Source: Promethearchaeota archaeon
GTDB taxonomy: Archaea; Asgardarchaeota; Lokiarchaeia; Sigyniarchaeales; SOKP01
Direction of reading: 5' to 3'
Length of the DNA stretch: 22,576 nucleotides
NCBI GenBank assembly: GCA_048938445.1
Contig: JBHLME010000071.1
Span: 1-22,576, forward strand
Shown here: one piece after another, positions 1 to 8,743 of the stretch
Layout of the letters: each line of letters starts with the position of its first letter
Position numbering within the stretch: position 1 is the stretch's first letter
Notes under the pieces: generated by a model
The model's database searches: none
Seen by the model: the letters and a program-made list of their open reading frames with translations, nothing else
Told to the model about the DNA's origin: nothing
Position numbers and translations under genes: made by a program

Positions 1-2
1 TC

Positions 3-731
3 GCTACTGGAATTGGAGCATTGCTTTTTACCATTTGGTATATTGCCACTTGGTTCAAACAAAGAAGTGATATAACATTTTATGATATGGGTGTCTCCTA
101 TGCAACTAAAGCTGATAAAGAAGGTCTATCGTTTGGAAAACGATTAGTAAAGTCGGCTAATCCAAAGATTCTTGGTAAAACCATTTTAGTAGCACTGATT
201 CTTTTCGCTTGGATGTATCTATGGGTTTTTATTGCAGATATACTCTTTAAAGTATCTTTTAGAGGTATATGGTCGTTATTACCATCATTTACTATTTCAA
301 GATTCATTAGGTTCTGGGCTTATTTAATACCTACATTATTATTTTTCTTAGTTGTCGGCGGAATATTCATGTTTGGTGAAATGAGAATGAAGGAAAAAGA
401 TTCAGGGATAAAAACTCAAACAGTATGGTGGTTTAAAATAACTATCGCTATGTTGGGTGGATTGGTAGTCATTATTTTGATGCAATATGTCCCAATGTGG
501 TTTGGAGGTGCTCCTTTTTTTAATATAACAGGTGTACCGGGTCTTGAAAATTTTGCTCAACATTACCCATTAATGGAACTTTTATTAATGGGATTTATTC
601 CACTCTTTGCGGTTCTAATTTTTGTCATGATCTTTTTCTATCGTAAGACAGGTAAAATCTATTTAGGCGCTATAATTTGTTCTTTCATCGCAGTATGGGT
701 AAGTGTGACATCATCTTGTATGTATATCTAA
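3..731 (+). CDS. Polytopic membrane protein, C-terminal part (5' end runs off the window)
   Basis: Frame 3 is open from base 3 (ATGIGALLFTIWY...), and the track's M at 21 is a TTG. There are several ~20-aa hydrophobic segments (ILVALILFAWMYLWVFIADILF, YLIPTLLFFLVVGGIFMF, ITIAMLGGLVVIILMQYV, LLLMGFIPLFAVLIFVMIFF). The TAA stop is followed by a T15 tract. No family recognised. Confidence 0.6.
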   Translation, partial: ATGIGALLFTIWYIATWFKQRSDITFYDMGVSYATKADKEGLSFGKRLVKSANPKILGKTILVALILFAWMYLWVFIADILFKVSFRGIWSLLPSFTISRFIRFWAYLIPTLLFFLVVGGIFMFGEMRMKEKDSGIKTQTVWWFKITIAMLGGLVVIILMQYVPMWFGGAPFFNITGVPGLENFAQHYPLMELLLMGFIPLFAVLIFVMIFFYRKTGKIYLGAIICSFIAVWVSVTSSCMYI

Positions 732-742
732 ATAAATAAATC

Positions 743-757
743 TTTTTTTTTTTTTTT
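743..757 (+). terminator. Oligo-T (T15) archaeal-type terminator after the membrane protein gene
   Basis: An uninterrupted run of 15 T starts 12 nt after the TAA stop. Archaeal RNA polymerase terminates at oligo-T tracts. Confidence 0.45.
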
Positions 758-894
758 ATTTAGTAAATATCTAAAAATCAATAAATATAGACTATTGGTA
801 TTATTACAAATTTAGACAATAAAGTAAAAGTTTAAATAGCAGTTAATAAAAATAAAATTTAGTTCCAATCCCAATTATACCAACATACAAAAAA

Positions 895-1242
895 ATGGAG
901 GTAAAGAAAATGGTATTAATAATGACAACGTCTTGGGTACCTCAAGGGAAAGAAACTCAAGCGGGAGAAAAATATATTGAAGTCATGCGGGAATTTCCTG
1001 CCGAATCATTTGAAAAGGCGGTATTACCTTTAGGAGTCATGGCAACTAAAGAAGGAACGAAAGTGATTTCAATAGTTAAAGTAAAAAAAGGGAACTATGA
1101 GTCCGCCGTAACCTTAATAACAAAACGATTGTTAAACTTGTCAAAAATTGAAGGATTTCGTTATCAAGTTGAAACCCTACTTTCAGGTAATGAAGCACTG
1201 TCATTGATTGGCCTTGGTATTCCAAAACAAGTCCCGATGTGA
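895..1242 (+). CDS. Small soluble hypothetical protein (about 110 aa)
   Basis: The ORF has mixed-charge, non-repetitive composition. GGAGGT at 897-902 lies 7 nt upstream of the ATG at 910, so the real start is probably 910 (MVLIMTTSWVPQGKE...). TGA stop. No family recognised. Confidence 0.6.
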   Translation: MEVKKMVLIMTTSWVPQGKETQAGEKYIEVMREFPAESFEKAVLPLGVMATKEGTKVISIVKVKKGNYESAVTLITKRLLNLSKIEGFRYQVETLLSGNEALSLIGLGIPKQVPM

Positions 1243-1247
1243 ATTTG

Positions 1248-1255
1248 AAAAAAAA
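1248..1255 (-). terminator. Oligo-T (T8 on minus strand) after the aldehyde dehydrogenase gene
   Basis: An A8 run on the plus strand, equal to T8 on the minus strand, lies about 23 nt downstream of the minus-strand TAA stop at 1278-1280. It sits in a convergent intergenic gap. Confidence 0.35.
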
Positions 1256-1277
1256 GTAAAATTTAAACAAAACGATT

Positions 1278-2774
1278 TTATGTAAATAATCGTTTTTCAT
1301 TTTCTGATGAACCATCATGCACAAATTTCGACTGAACCATTTGGGCAGGATAATATTTAATACCTGGTGGCCAAGAACTGTCTTTCCAACCACCTATAGG
1401 GAAACTTATATTAGCTTGCATTGGTTTTGCGTTAACATAGATACTTCCAGCTTTCAATTCGGAGATAAATTTCTGAACATTTTTTGGTAAAGTATAAACT
1501 ACTGCTCTCATTCCATAATTACTATGGTTCGCTAAAAATATTGCATCTTCCTCACTCTTTGCTTTTGTTATACTTCTTACTGGTCCGAATGCTTCCTCTC
1601 GCCATAAAAAAGGTGCTTTATCAAAATCAAGAATTTCTTCACGAGGGATTTCAACTAAAGTTGGTTTATAAAAAAGTCCATGGCCCTTACCAGTATCAAT
1701 TTTTTCTCCACCCGTTAAAATCTTCACGTTTTTATAATTTTTGGCATCATTAACCATCACGTCCATCATCATTAGAATTCTTCGAGATCCGAGAGGCCCG
1801 ATATCTGTTGCCATATCCCTAGGATCACCCACCTTTAATTTATCCATTTCTTTAATGACTTTTTCAACATATTCCTCGTAGATATCTTGATGAACTATTA
1901 TTCTTTTCATCGAAAAACATTGTTGACCAGAATTAGTATAGGAAGCAATAACATTCCATTTAGCTACTAAATCCAAGTCAACACCAGGCATTACAATGCC
2001 CGCATCATTACCGGCACATTCAAAAACAAAATTTTTAAAGGGCTGGTGTATCATGTTTACACCTAAAAATTTTTGAGCAGATTCTCGCAATGTATCAGCA
2101 TATACCATTAAGATATCCTTAGCAGTATGTGATGCTGCAACACAAACAATATTTTTAACTAATCGTGACTCTATAAATATTTTAGTAGCAAAATCACCTG
2201 GACTTATCACGAGATCATATGCCTCATTAAATGGAAAATCATTATTATTTATTGTATCAATGCAATATTTCATTGTAAGGGGACAAGCGGTGCTAGGTTT
2301 AATTATAGAGGGATTTCCCGTAAGGAAACTACTACCCCAAAAATACATCGGGAGTGACATTGGTGTGTTTCGAGGACTAATTCCAATCGTTAGTCCCATT
2401 GGTTGGAATTTTAATATAGATGTCTTATCGCTACCAATATCATACAATTCCTTATCTTGGATTAAATCTCTAAACCAGTCTACATAAGCATATCCCTTTT
2501 CAATCATCTGGAATTCCCATTCTGAGTATTTAATAGGAAGTCCGCCTTCAGCTACAATTAAATCTTTTAACTTGTTTTTTTCTTTCAATAAAACTTCTGC
2601 AATCCCTTTAATGACATCAATTCGTTCATTTAAAGATGTATTCAATAACTTGGTTTCCCAACTTGAAGTCCTTTGTATCTTTTGTATTATAGTATCTCTT
2701 GAATCTGGAACAAGAGAATCAATAACTTCTCCTGTATATTTATTTAAGATTTCTAAACTCACTGGAGTGAGCAC
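1278..2774 (-). CDS. Aldehyde dehydrogenase family protein (NAD(P)+-dependent)
   Basis: ALDH landmarks appear in the correct order. 'GISPRNTPMSL...LTGNPSIIKPS' corresponds to PWNFP...GN..V.KPS. 'FECAGNDAGIVMP' corresponds to the ELGGK general-base Glu motif. 'SGQQCFSMKRIIVHQ' carries the catalytic Cys in the GQ.C....R..VH context. 'EEAFGPV' corresponds to EE.FGPV. The likely true start is the GTG at 2762, which forms a GTGA overlap with the upstream stop and has AGGTG 9 nt upstream. Confidence 0.9.
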   Translation of the reverse strand: MLTPVSLEILNKYTGEVIDSLVPDSRDTIIQKIQRTSSWETKLLNTSLNERIDVIKGIAEVLLKEKNKLKDLIVAEGGLPIKYSEWEFQMIEKGYAYVDWFRDLIQDKELYDIGSDKTSILKFQPMGLTIGISPRNTPMSLPMYFWGSSFLTGNPSIIKPSTACPLTMKYCIDTINNNDFPFNEAYDLVISPGDFATKIFIESRLVKNIVCVAASHTAKDILMVYADTLRESAQKFLGVNMIHQPFKNFVFECAGNDAGIVMPGVDLDLVAKWNVIASYTNSGQQCFSMKRIIVHQDIYEEYVEKVIKEMDKLKVGDPRDMATDIGPLGSRRILMMMDVMVNDAKNYKNVKILTGGEKIDTGKGHGLFYKPTLVEIPREEILDFDKAPFLWREEAFGPVRSITKAKSEEDAIFLANHSNYGMRAVVYTLPKNVQKFISELKAGSIYVNAKPMQANISFPIGGWKDSSWPPGIKYYPAQMVQSKFVHDGSSENEKRLFT

Positions 2775-3793
2775 CTAATTCCTATTTTTTTCTTCTTTTT
2801 ACCATTTTTCTCTATGAAATCTTGGTACCACTTAACTGTCGTTTCTAGAGCTTCTCTAATTGGCGTTATTTTATAACCTATTTTTTCATTTGCTTTTTTA
2901 GAAGAAAAAGCCCAATTATATTTCATACCGACAATCATTGCTGGAGTGATATAAGGAATTCTTTTTGAACTTAGTCTTGCTTTTAATTTACAAGCTCGAG
3001 CGAATAATACGCCCCCCCACATAGGAAAATGACGAGGTTTTTTTGTTCTAGCTATTTCTGAAGCGAGGTTTAAATAGTCGTTAATAGTAATATTTTCTCC
3101 CCCAAGAAAGAAACCTTCTCCAATTAGATCATCACGATCTATCACGCTTATCATACCATTAATGACATCATCAATGTAAGCCATACAAAAGAGAGATTCT
3201 CCTTTACCAGGTAGTCCTAAGAATTGTCCTGCAACAATATCAAACATCATTTCTCCATAAATATTGAAATCTCCAGGTCCAAAGATAAATCCCGGATAAA
3301 AAATTATCGCTTTCAATCCTTGATTCATGTAATCCTTCACAACTTCCCTTCCAAGGAATTTAGTTCTTTCATAATCATTTTGGAAAAAATTTACATGTTG
3401 GTACGTTTCATCGCATACTTGCCCATCAGGATTAGGTCCAAGAGCTCCAAAAGAACTTGCATAGAAAAATAAAATGTCTTTATCGAGAGCTACTTTTGCA
3501 GCGTTTTCTGTTCCATCAACATTGACCATGTCGTATTTTTTTTTGTCTTTAGCCCAAATTTTTACATATCCCGCAAGATGATATATGATATCAACATTTT
3601 CTGCTGCCTCGTAAATGCTGTCGATATCAGTAATATCTCCAGTTATATATTTAATATTTTTAAGATCTTCAAATGGAGAAATATCACTAGATTCTCTTAC
3701 CAAAAGTTTCAAATTATGACCTAAAGAAGATAACTTCTTGACTAAAGGTATGCCTAAAAATCCAGTGCTTCCTGTAACTAAAATATTCTTCAT
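2759..3793 (-). CDS. Extended short-chain dehydrogenase/reductase (NAD-dependent epimerase/dehydratase family, DFR/HpnA-like)
   Basis: The N-terminus 'ILVTGSTGFLG' is a Rossmann TGxxGxxG motif. There is a catalytic 'YERTK' (YxxxK) with an upstream 'YASS' serine. 'PGFIFGPGD' and 'FLGGENITINDY' are typical of extended SDRs. An AGGTGGA RBS lies 5 nt upstream of the ATG. Confidence 0.9.
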   Translation of the reverse strand: MKNILVTGSTGFLGIPLVKKLSSLGHNLKLLVRESSDISPFEDLKNIKYITGDITDIDSIYEAAENVDIIYHLAGYVKIWAKDKKKYDMVNVDGTENAAKVALDKDILFFYASSFGALGPNPDGQVCDETYQHVNFFQNDYERTKFLGREVVKDYMNQGLKAIIFYPGFIFGPGDFNIYGEMMFDIVAGQFLGLPGKGESLFCMAYIDDVINGMISVIDRDDLIGEGFFLGGENITINDYLNLASEIARTKKPRHFPMWGGVLFARACKLKARLSSKRIPYITPAMIVGMKYNWAFSSKKANEKIGYKITPIREALETTVKWYQDFIEKNGKKKKKIGIRCSLQ

Positions 3794-3978
3794 GTTTCCA
3801 CCTATTTTTTTGGATAAAAAGGTAAATCATATTGATAATTATACAATAATTATTAATTACACTTAAATACACTTAAATGCATGATTTTTTATTTGAATTT
3901 TTTGCTTGATGGACGTAAGATAATTATAATAAATTGACTTTTAATATGATAATAATTAATTTATACCCTTAAACTGAA

Positions 3979-4542
3979 ATGAATGATTTCAATTATAACA
4001 AATTTCATTCTCAATTAGCTCTACCATATTTAGAGACAAAACATAAATGTATTGAAGAAATTTTTCAATTACTTGAACTCGAATTTGGATTAAAAAAGAA
4101 ATCAACCCAAAAATTTATAGATTTGGGTTCTGGTGATGGTAGAATTGTGATTTATTCTGCAATAAATTATGGTATTAAATCAATTGGGATAGAAATTAAC
4201 AATAATTTAATAAGAGAAGCAAAAGAGCATGTGAAAATTTTAAAAAAGAATAAATCTTTTAAGAGGAGGTTTTTAAATAAAATAAAATTCATAGAAGCAG
4301 ATTTTTTCATATTTGACTTGAAGGAATATGATTATATTTATATTTATTCCTTACCATCAATGCATTCTTATCTTAGACACGTTTTTAAAACCATAAAACC
4401 AAAAGTGATAATAATTTCTCATAAATATGAATTAGCTCAATTGAAATCCCTCATAAAATTTGAATCAAAATTGATTCATAAAAGAGGGAATGAGGAGTTA
4501 TCTACTTATTTTTACTCAAGAAATGATTCAGAGTCAATGTAA
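3979..4542 (+). CDS. Class I (seven-beta-strand) SAM-dependent methyltransferase, small stand-alone
   Basis: Motif I is 'FIDLGSGDGRIVIYSA'. The post-I acidic residue is in 'IGIEIN'. 'FIEADFF' and 'YIYIYSLPSM' fit motifs II and III. 187 aa, TAA stop. Confidence 0.85.
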   Translation: MNDFNYNKFHSQLALPYLETKHKCIEEIFQLLELEFGLKKKSTQKFIDLGSGDGRIVIYSAINYGIKSIGIEINNNLIREAKEHVKILKKNKSFKRRFLNKIKFIEADFFIFDLKEYDYIYIYSLPSMHSYLRHVFKTIKPKVIIISHKYELAQLKSLIKFESKLIHKRGNEELSTYFYSRNDSESM

Positions 4543-4657
4543 TATTATATTTTTATATAATTTCAATATAATAATAAATATTAATTTGATTCGAATTTTT
4601 TAAAGAATTATAAGTCTTTCCAACTAATAATAGTATAAGAATATAACAGTTTTAATC

Positions 4658-5077
4658 GTGAAAATAATGAACTGGAAAATAGATGAAGATAAACTTTGGT
4701 TCAAAAAATGGTGGCCTAAAGATTGTCCAAAAAACCTTCAATTTAATGAAATCACTTGTGGTGATTTTTTTGAAGAACAAAGATCTAAATATCATGACGA
4801 GATTTTTATGGTGTTTCTCGAAACAGAGATGACTTATGATGAGGCAGGAGATTATATTGACTCTTTAGCAACCGCACTTCATCGTTTAGGATTAAGAAAA
4901 GGAGATGTGTTAGCTCTTCTCATACCAAATTGTTTCCAATATGTTATCACCTTCTATGCTTGCATGAAAATTGGAGTAATTGTAGTTCCAATCAATCCAA
5001 ACTTTAAGAAAATCCAGATTCTAAGAATTCTTAAATTAACGCAACCTACAACTATTGTTACGGTGAATTATCTATAG
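4658..5077 (+). CDS. AMP-dependent acyl-CoA synthetase/ligase, N-terminal fragment ending at an in-frame TAG
   Basis: 'MTYDEAGDYIDSLATALHRLGLRKGDVLALLIPNCFQYVITFYACMKIGVIVVPINPNF' is the canonical N-terminal region of ANL-superfamily ligases. The fragment stops at TAG 5075-5077, in the same frame as the next ORF. The probable start is the ATG at 4667; 4658 is a GTG. Confidence 0.8.
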   Translation: MKIMNWKIDEDKLWFKKWWPKDCPKNLQFNEITCGDFFEEQRSKYHDEIFMVFLETEMTYDEAGDYIDSLATALHRLGLRKGDVLALLIPNCFQYVITFYACMKIGVIVVPINPNFKKIQILRILKLTQPTTIVTVNYL

Positions 5078-5122
5078 AAGGATATATTAAGAACTATCAC
5101 ACCACAAATAAAAGTAGATTTT

Positions 5123-6436
5123 GTGTTGCATACTCATATTTTAGATTTTGTAAAAAATAAGAGGGCAATACAACGAGAATATGGGAAAGTTCCTTATTCA
5201 AGAGTAGATTTTCCGAATGCTATTAGATTATTAGATCTTTGCAATTCATCCATAAAAGTACCAAACATAAATATTTCACCAACACAAGATATAGCGGTTT
5301 ATATCACTACTGCAGGTTCAACGGGAGAGCCAAAAATATGTGAATTGACACATTTTAATTTAATTGCTAATGCGAAACAATGTAGGTCTTGGTTAGGAGG
5401 TGAAGACCCCAGAATTGGTAATCTTGGTATTATTCCTCTATTTCATCCATTTGGCATGACTTGTATAATGAATACAACAATTGCATTGGGTGGTTTGATG
5501 TTGCTTTTTCCCACACAACCATCGAATGAACAATTAATCATAGAAATCCACAATGCCTATGCTCCAAAAGGTTTCTTGTTTTTTGGTCCCGAAATATTAT
5601 TCAAAAAGATAAATAAAGCCATCTCTTCAAATGATTACATTGATATATGGGAAAAAATTAAATATGGAATTGCAACCGCATCCCCTCTTCACACATCCGT
5701 TCAAAAAGAGTTTTTGAATAAATTGGGAGGAAAACTCGTTGAAAGTTATGGTTTAACTGAAGCAAGTCCAGTTATTAGTATTGGAAATTTAATTAATGAA
5801 ACTCGTGAAAATTGCTTAGGTCTACCTCTTCCAGGAACAGAATGGGGTATTTATGATCCGATTAATTTTGATATTGGACCCATAGATAAATATGGAAAAG
5901 ATAATATAGGAGAAATCTGTGTGAGTGGGCCACAAGTAATGATTGGATATTTAGAAAGCCTTAAAGCGACTCAAGATGCTCTTAAGAAATTTAACAATAA
6001 AATTTGGCTGCGAACGGGTGATCTTGGATATATGAATGAAGATGGCACGATCATTTTAACTGAACGTAAACAAGAAGAGAAGAAAAAAGTCAAAATAGGA
6101 GCTAGTTATCTTGTAGATGTGGAAAAATTTGTTTTACAGCATAAAAATGTAATTGATACTGCTGTTTTAGGAATACCTCCTGTAAATGATGAACCAGGAA
6201 AAATTACTAAAATATGGGTTAGTCTAAAGTCTGAGCAAATAAGTAATACAGCCGCTAAGAAATTTCATAATTGGTTAGAAAAAAATATGCCGGAATATAA
6301 ATTAGATACAGATATTGAATTTATTAAACCCCCATCCATATCAAAAGTTAAACCTGAAACTAAATCCGTTCTTGGTAAAATTCAAAAAGGTTCAGCAAAA
6401 GTGGGAAAACTTCCAGAGGCTAAAATACAAAAATAA
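5123..6436 (+). CDS. AMP-dependent acyl-CoA synthetase/ligase, C-terminal fragment (same frame as 4658..5077)
   Basis: 'TTAGSTGEPKI' is the A3 P-loop, 'ESYGLTEASP' is A5, 'LRTGDLGYMNEDG' is A7, and 'SVLGKIQK' is the A10 Lys. Both 4658 and 5123 are in frame 2, and the 45 nt between TAG and 5123 are open and read KDILRTITPQIKVDF. Confidence 0.85.
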   Translation: MLHTHILDFVKNKRAIQREYGKVPYSRVDFPNAIRLLDLCNSSIKVPNINISPTQDIAVYITTAGSTGEPKICELTHFNLIANAKQCRSWLGGEDPRIGNLGIIPLFHPFGMTCIMNTTIALGGLMLLFPTQPSNEQLIIEIHNAYAPKGFLFFGPEILFKKINKAISSNDYIDIWEKIKYGIATASPLHTSVQKEFLNKLGGKLVESYGLTEASPVISIGNLINETRENCLGLPLPGTEWGIYDPINFDIGPIDKYGKDNIGEICVSGPQVMIGYLESLKATQDALKKFNNKIWLRTGDLGYMNEDGTIILTERKQEEKKKVKIGASYLVDVEKFVLQHKNVIDTAVLGIPPVNDEPGKITKIWVSLKSEQISNTAAKKFHNWLEKNMPEYKLDTDIEFIKPPSISKVKPETKSVLGKIQKGSAKVGKLPEAKIQK

Positions 6437-6482
6437 TTCTATACTTCTCAATTACTTACCTTTATTTTCATATTATAACAGC

Positions 6483-6953
6483 TCATGTTCTAATATTTAC
6501 TCTCTCATTAATATTTTTAATGTATAATCTCATTAGTAATCGTTCAATATTACAATAATCTAATTTTTGTTTATTTGTCAAATCTGATAACTCTTTAAGG
6601 ATATAAGGTATTTTTTCAAGCATTTCAAAATATTTATTAACTGAACATCCATAATCCATTTTTAAAATGCCATCAAACTCATATAATATTTCATTAAAAA
6701 GTCTTTGATTGTTTTCCATTAACATATTAGAAGATATTTTAATTTGAGGTACTGACAGAATTAAAATTATTAACTTTGATATATTATTGAATGGTTCGTT
6801 TAATTCTTCATGATTTAATAGGATAGAATATAATTTTGAAGCTAGAGTTAAATTTTGTTTTTGTTTTTTATAATCTCCTTCATTCAAACTGGAAATTTGT
6901 TCAAGATTTAGATTTTGATCAATTAAAGTATCATAAAAGTTATATTCAGTCAT
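6483..6953 (-). CDS. Hypothetical protein (156 aa, predicted all-helical, N/K/L-rich)
   Basis: This is the only long ORF in the interval and it does not overlap its neighbours. No recognisable motif. The low-complexity AT-driven composition lowers confidence. Confidence 0.45.
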   Translation of the reverse strand: MTEYNFYDTLIDQNLNLEQISSLNEGDYKKQKQNLTLASKLYSILLNHEELNEPFNNISKLIILILSVPQIKISSNMLMENNQRLFNEILYEFDGILKMDYGCSVNKYFEMLEKIPYILKELSDLTNKQKLDYCNIERLLMRLYIKNINERVNIRT

Positions 6954-7200
6954 TCCGTTTGAAATGAAACATCATCTCAAGCTACATGTTAATTTAACTA
7001 TAGTGTATATAAGATGATATTTAAAAAAGAGGAGGCGTAAGGATTTTTAAAATACTCAAGAACTTATGAATATTTTAATAAATAATAATGGATTTCGATT
7101 ATAGGTCTACATCATCATGATTAAAAATTAAAATGAGATAAATATCTTAATTCTAACGTTTCTTAGAAAAAATATCATTTAAAATTCATCTAATGTTATG

Positions 7201-8304
7201 CTACTTTATTGATGGAAAAAGACTCTCTATTTTTTTTGCTAATTCTGTACTTATAACACTTATTAATACTTTTAAAGAGACAAATCTTCCTAATTTTTTA
7301 TAGACATATCTTAAAAGCAATGCAACAAAAGTTATTGTTCCAAAGATAAAAAAGAAAATAATTGAAGCACTCAACTCTTTTAAGAAGATAAAAAATAATA
7401 AATTATGAGCTATGAAAATAGTTAATGAATAATAAGAAAAATAAAACAGGAATTTATAACTTTTTTGAACTTTCTTAAATTTTAATTCTTCTAGGCTTAT
7501 TAAAACTGAAAGAAAAATAAGTTGTATTCCCAAGGAATACCATGTCCAAGGAAAGGTTCTTGAGGATAAAAACAAGGGAAATTGATATAAAATCCCGAAT
7601 GTTATAAAAAATGTGCCAACAATTAATGAGGGAAACAAATATTGGTTTTTTAGGGCCTTTTTCCTATAGCTTTCCTGTTCATGACGATAAATATCAAAAA
7701 TTCCATCACCTATGGCAGTTCCAATTAAAAAGAATGGAAAAAATAATATGATTGGATCCAACGCGGGAAATCCATTATATAATATGTGAAATAATATACC
7801 TAAAGTATTATTTTTATTTTCATAAGGAATGAGAATTCCTATTAAAATTTGGTTTAAAATTATAATACTTACAGCTATAAACATTCGATAAAACTTGTTA
7901 ATTTTTAATAATGGCCAGGAGAGCAAAACAGAAACACCAATCGTTAATAGAATATACCATATCCATAAATTAAATGGATTTTGAGTATAAATTGCTACTG
8001 GTAAGTTGTATAGTAAAGCAACTAGGAAAATAAACAATCCACGGAATAAAAATTGATTCCGTGTCATTCTCTTATTGTACATCCCGGATTTTACTTCCTT
8101 TATTTGCCGATTCCTGTAGGCAATTGTTGTACTAACACCAGAAATGAATAAAAAAGCACCTGCCCCCATTACATCACAAATAGCCCACATTAAATCATAC
8201 AACCATGCATCTTCAGTTATTAACCACCAGTTGAGAAGATGAGCTACAAACATCCAAAGCATGCTCAAACCTCTAAAAGTATCTATGCTCTTTATTCGAT
8301 CCAT
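7201..8304 (-). CDS. Polytopic membrane acyltransferase-like protein (HGSNAT catalytic / DUF1624-like)
   Basis: The N-terminus 'RIKSIDTFRGLSMLWMFVAHLL' matches my recollection of the R..S.D..RG.....M...H signature that opens DUF1624/heparan-alpha-glucosaminide N-acetyltransferase-type proteins. About 9-10 hydrophobic helices follow. TAG stop. Confidence 0.65.
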   Translation of the reverse strand: MDRIKSIDTFRGLSMLWMFVAHLLNWWLITEDAWLYDLMWAICDVMGAGAFLFISGVSTTIAYRNRQIKEVKSGMYNKRMTRNQFLFRGLFIFLVALLYNLPVAIYTQNPFNLWIWYILLTIGVSVLLSWPLLKINKFYRMFIAVSIIILNQILIGILIPYENKNNTLGILFHILYNGFPALDPIILFFPFFLIGTAIGDGIFDIYRHEQESYRKKALKNQYLFPSLIVGTFFITFGILYQFPLFLSSRTFPWTWYSLGIQLIFLSVLISLEELKFKKVQKSYKFLFYFSYYSLTIFIAHNLLFFIFLKELSASIIFFFIFGTITFVALLLRYVYKKLGRFVSLKVLISVISTELAKKIESLFPSIK

Positions 8305-8392
8305 GAATAAACAATTCCTTGAAAATAAACTTATCCCTAAAATGTAATGCTTATAACAAATATATAAAAAAAAGTATTGAAAAATTTATGTA

Positions 8393-8647
8393 TTATACTC
8401 CTCGAAGTTTAACTCCTAAGAAAAAGATAAACCATGCTAAACCTGTAAAAGTGACTCCGATAATTGTTATCAAGACGCTCCAGGTTATTCCAAATACTAC
8501 AGGTACTCCTACAACTGTTTCCAAAAAAGGAACAACCATTTCAAAAACACCAATGCAAGCCATAATAATCCCAAGAATTTCAAGAGCTAATGAAACAATC
8601 ATAGTCATCTTTTTAGGTGGACTATATTCATAAGGCATTTTATTCAC
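8393..8647 (-). CDS. Small membrane protein (2-3 TM helices)
   Basis: 'MTMIVSLALEILGIIMACIGVF' and 'GVPVVFGITWSVLITIIGVTFTGLAWFIFFLG' are clean TM segments. The overlapping plus-strand ORF 8319..8633 is low-complexity and is judged spurious. The likely start is the ATG at 8638; 8647 is a GTG. Confidence 0.5.
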   Translation of the reverse strand: MNKMPYEYSPPKKMTMIVSLALEILGIIMACIGVFEMVVPFLETVVGVPVVFGITWSVLITIIGVTFTGLAWFIFFLGVKLRGV

Positions 8648-8723
8648 TTACTATATATTAGTTTATTAAAATCTATAACTTCTTGATTATATATAAAAAT
8701 TTGGAAATTTAATTAAGAAATTC

Positions 8724-8733
8724 AAAAAAAAAA
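8724..8733 (-). terminator. Oligo-T (T10 on minus strand) after the nucleotidyltransferase gene
   Basis: An A10 run on the plus strand lies 11 nt downstream of the minus-strand TGA stop at 8744-8746. Confidence 0.4.
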
Positions 8734-8743
8734 GAAACATTTA

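Noticed and set aside
3858-3877. Tandem 10-nt direct repeat tacacttaaa x2 in the divergent promoter region between the SDR and methyltransferase genes.
   Set aside because: There are only two copies, in AT-rich DNA. It could be a duplicated TATA-like or regulator site, but there is no supporting symmetry or recurrence elsewhere in the window.
7019-7056. Hairpin tttaaaaa-N16-tttttaaa with a purine-rich loop (agaggaggcgtaagga) in the 247-nt intergenic region.
   Set aside because: The stem is 8 bp of A/T only, which is thermodynamically weak and expected by chance at this base composition. No start codon follows the GAGGAGG at SD distance.
8319-8633. Plus-strand 104-aa ORF overlapping the small membrane protein gene.
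   Set aside because: It has low-complexity K/T/I/P-rich composition with no motif. The antisense ORF (8393..8647) encodes clean TM helices and fits the minus-strand operon, so this one is treated as a shadow ORF.
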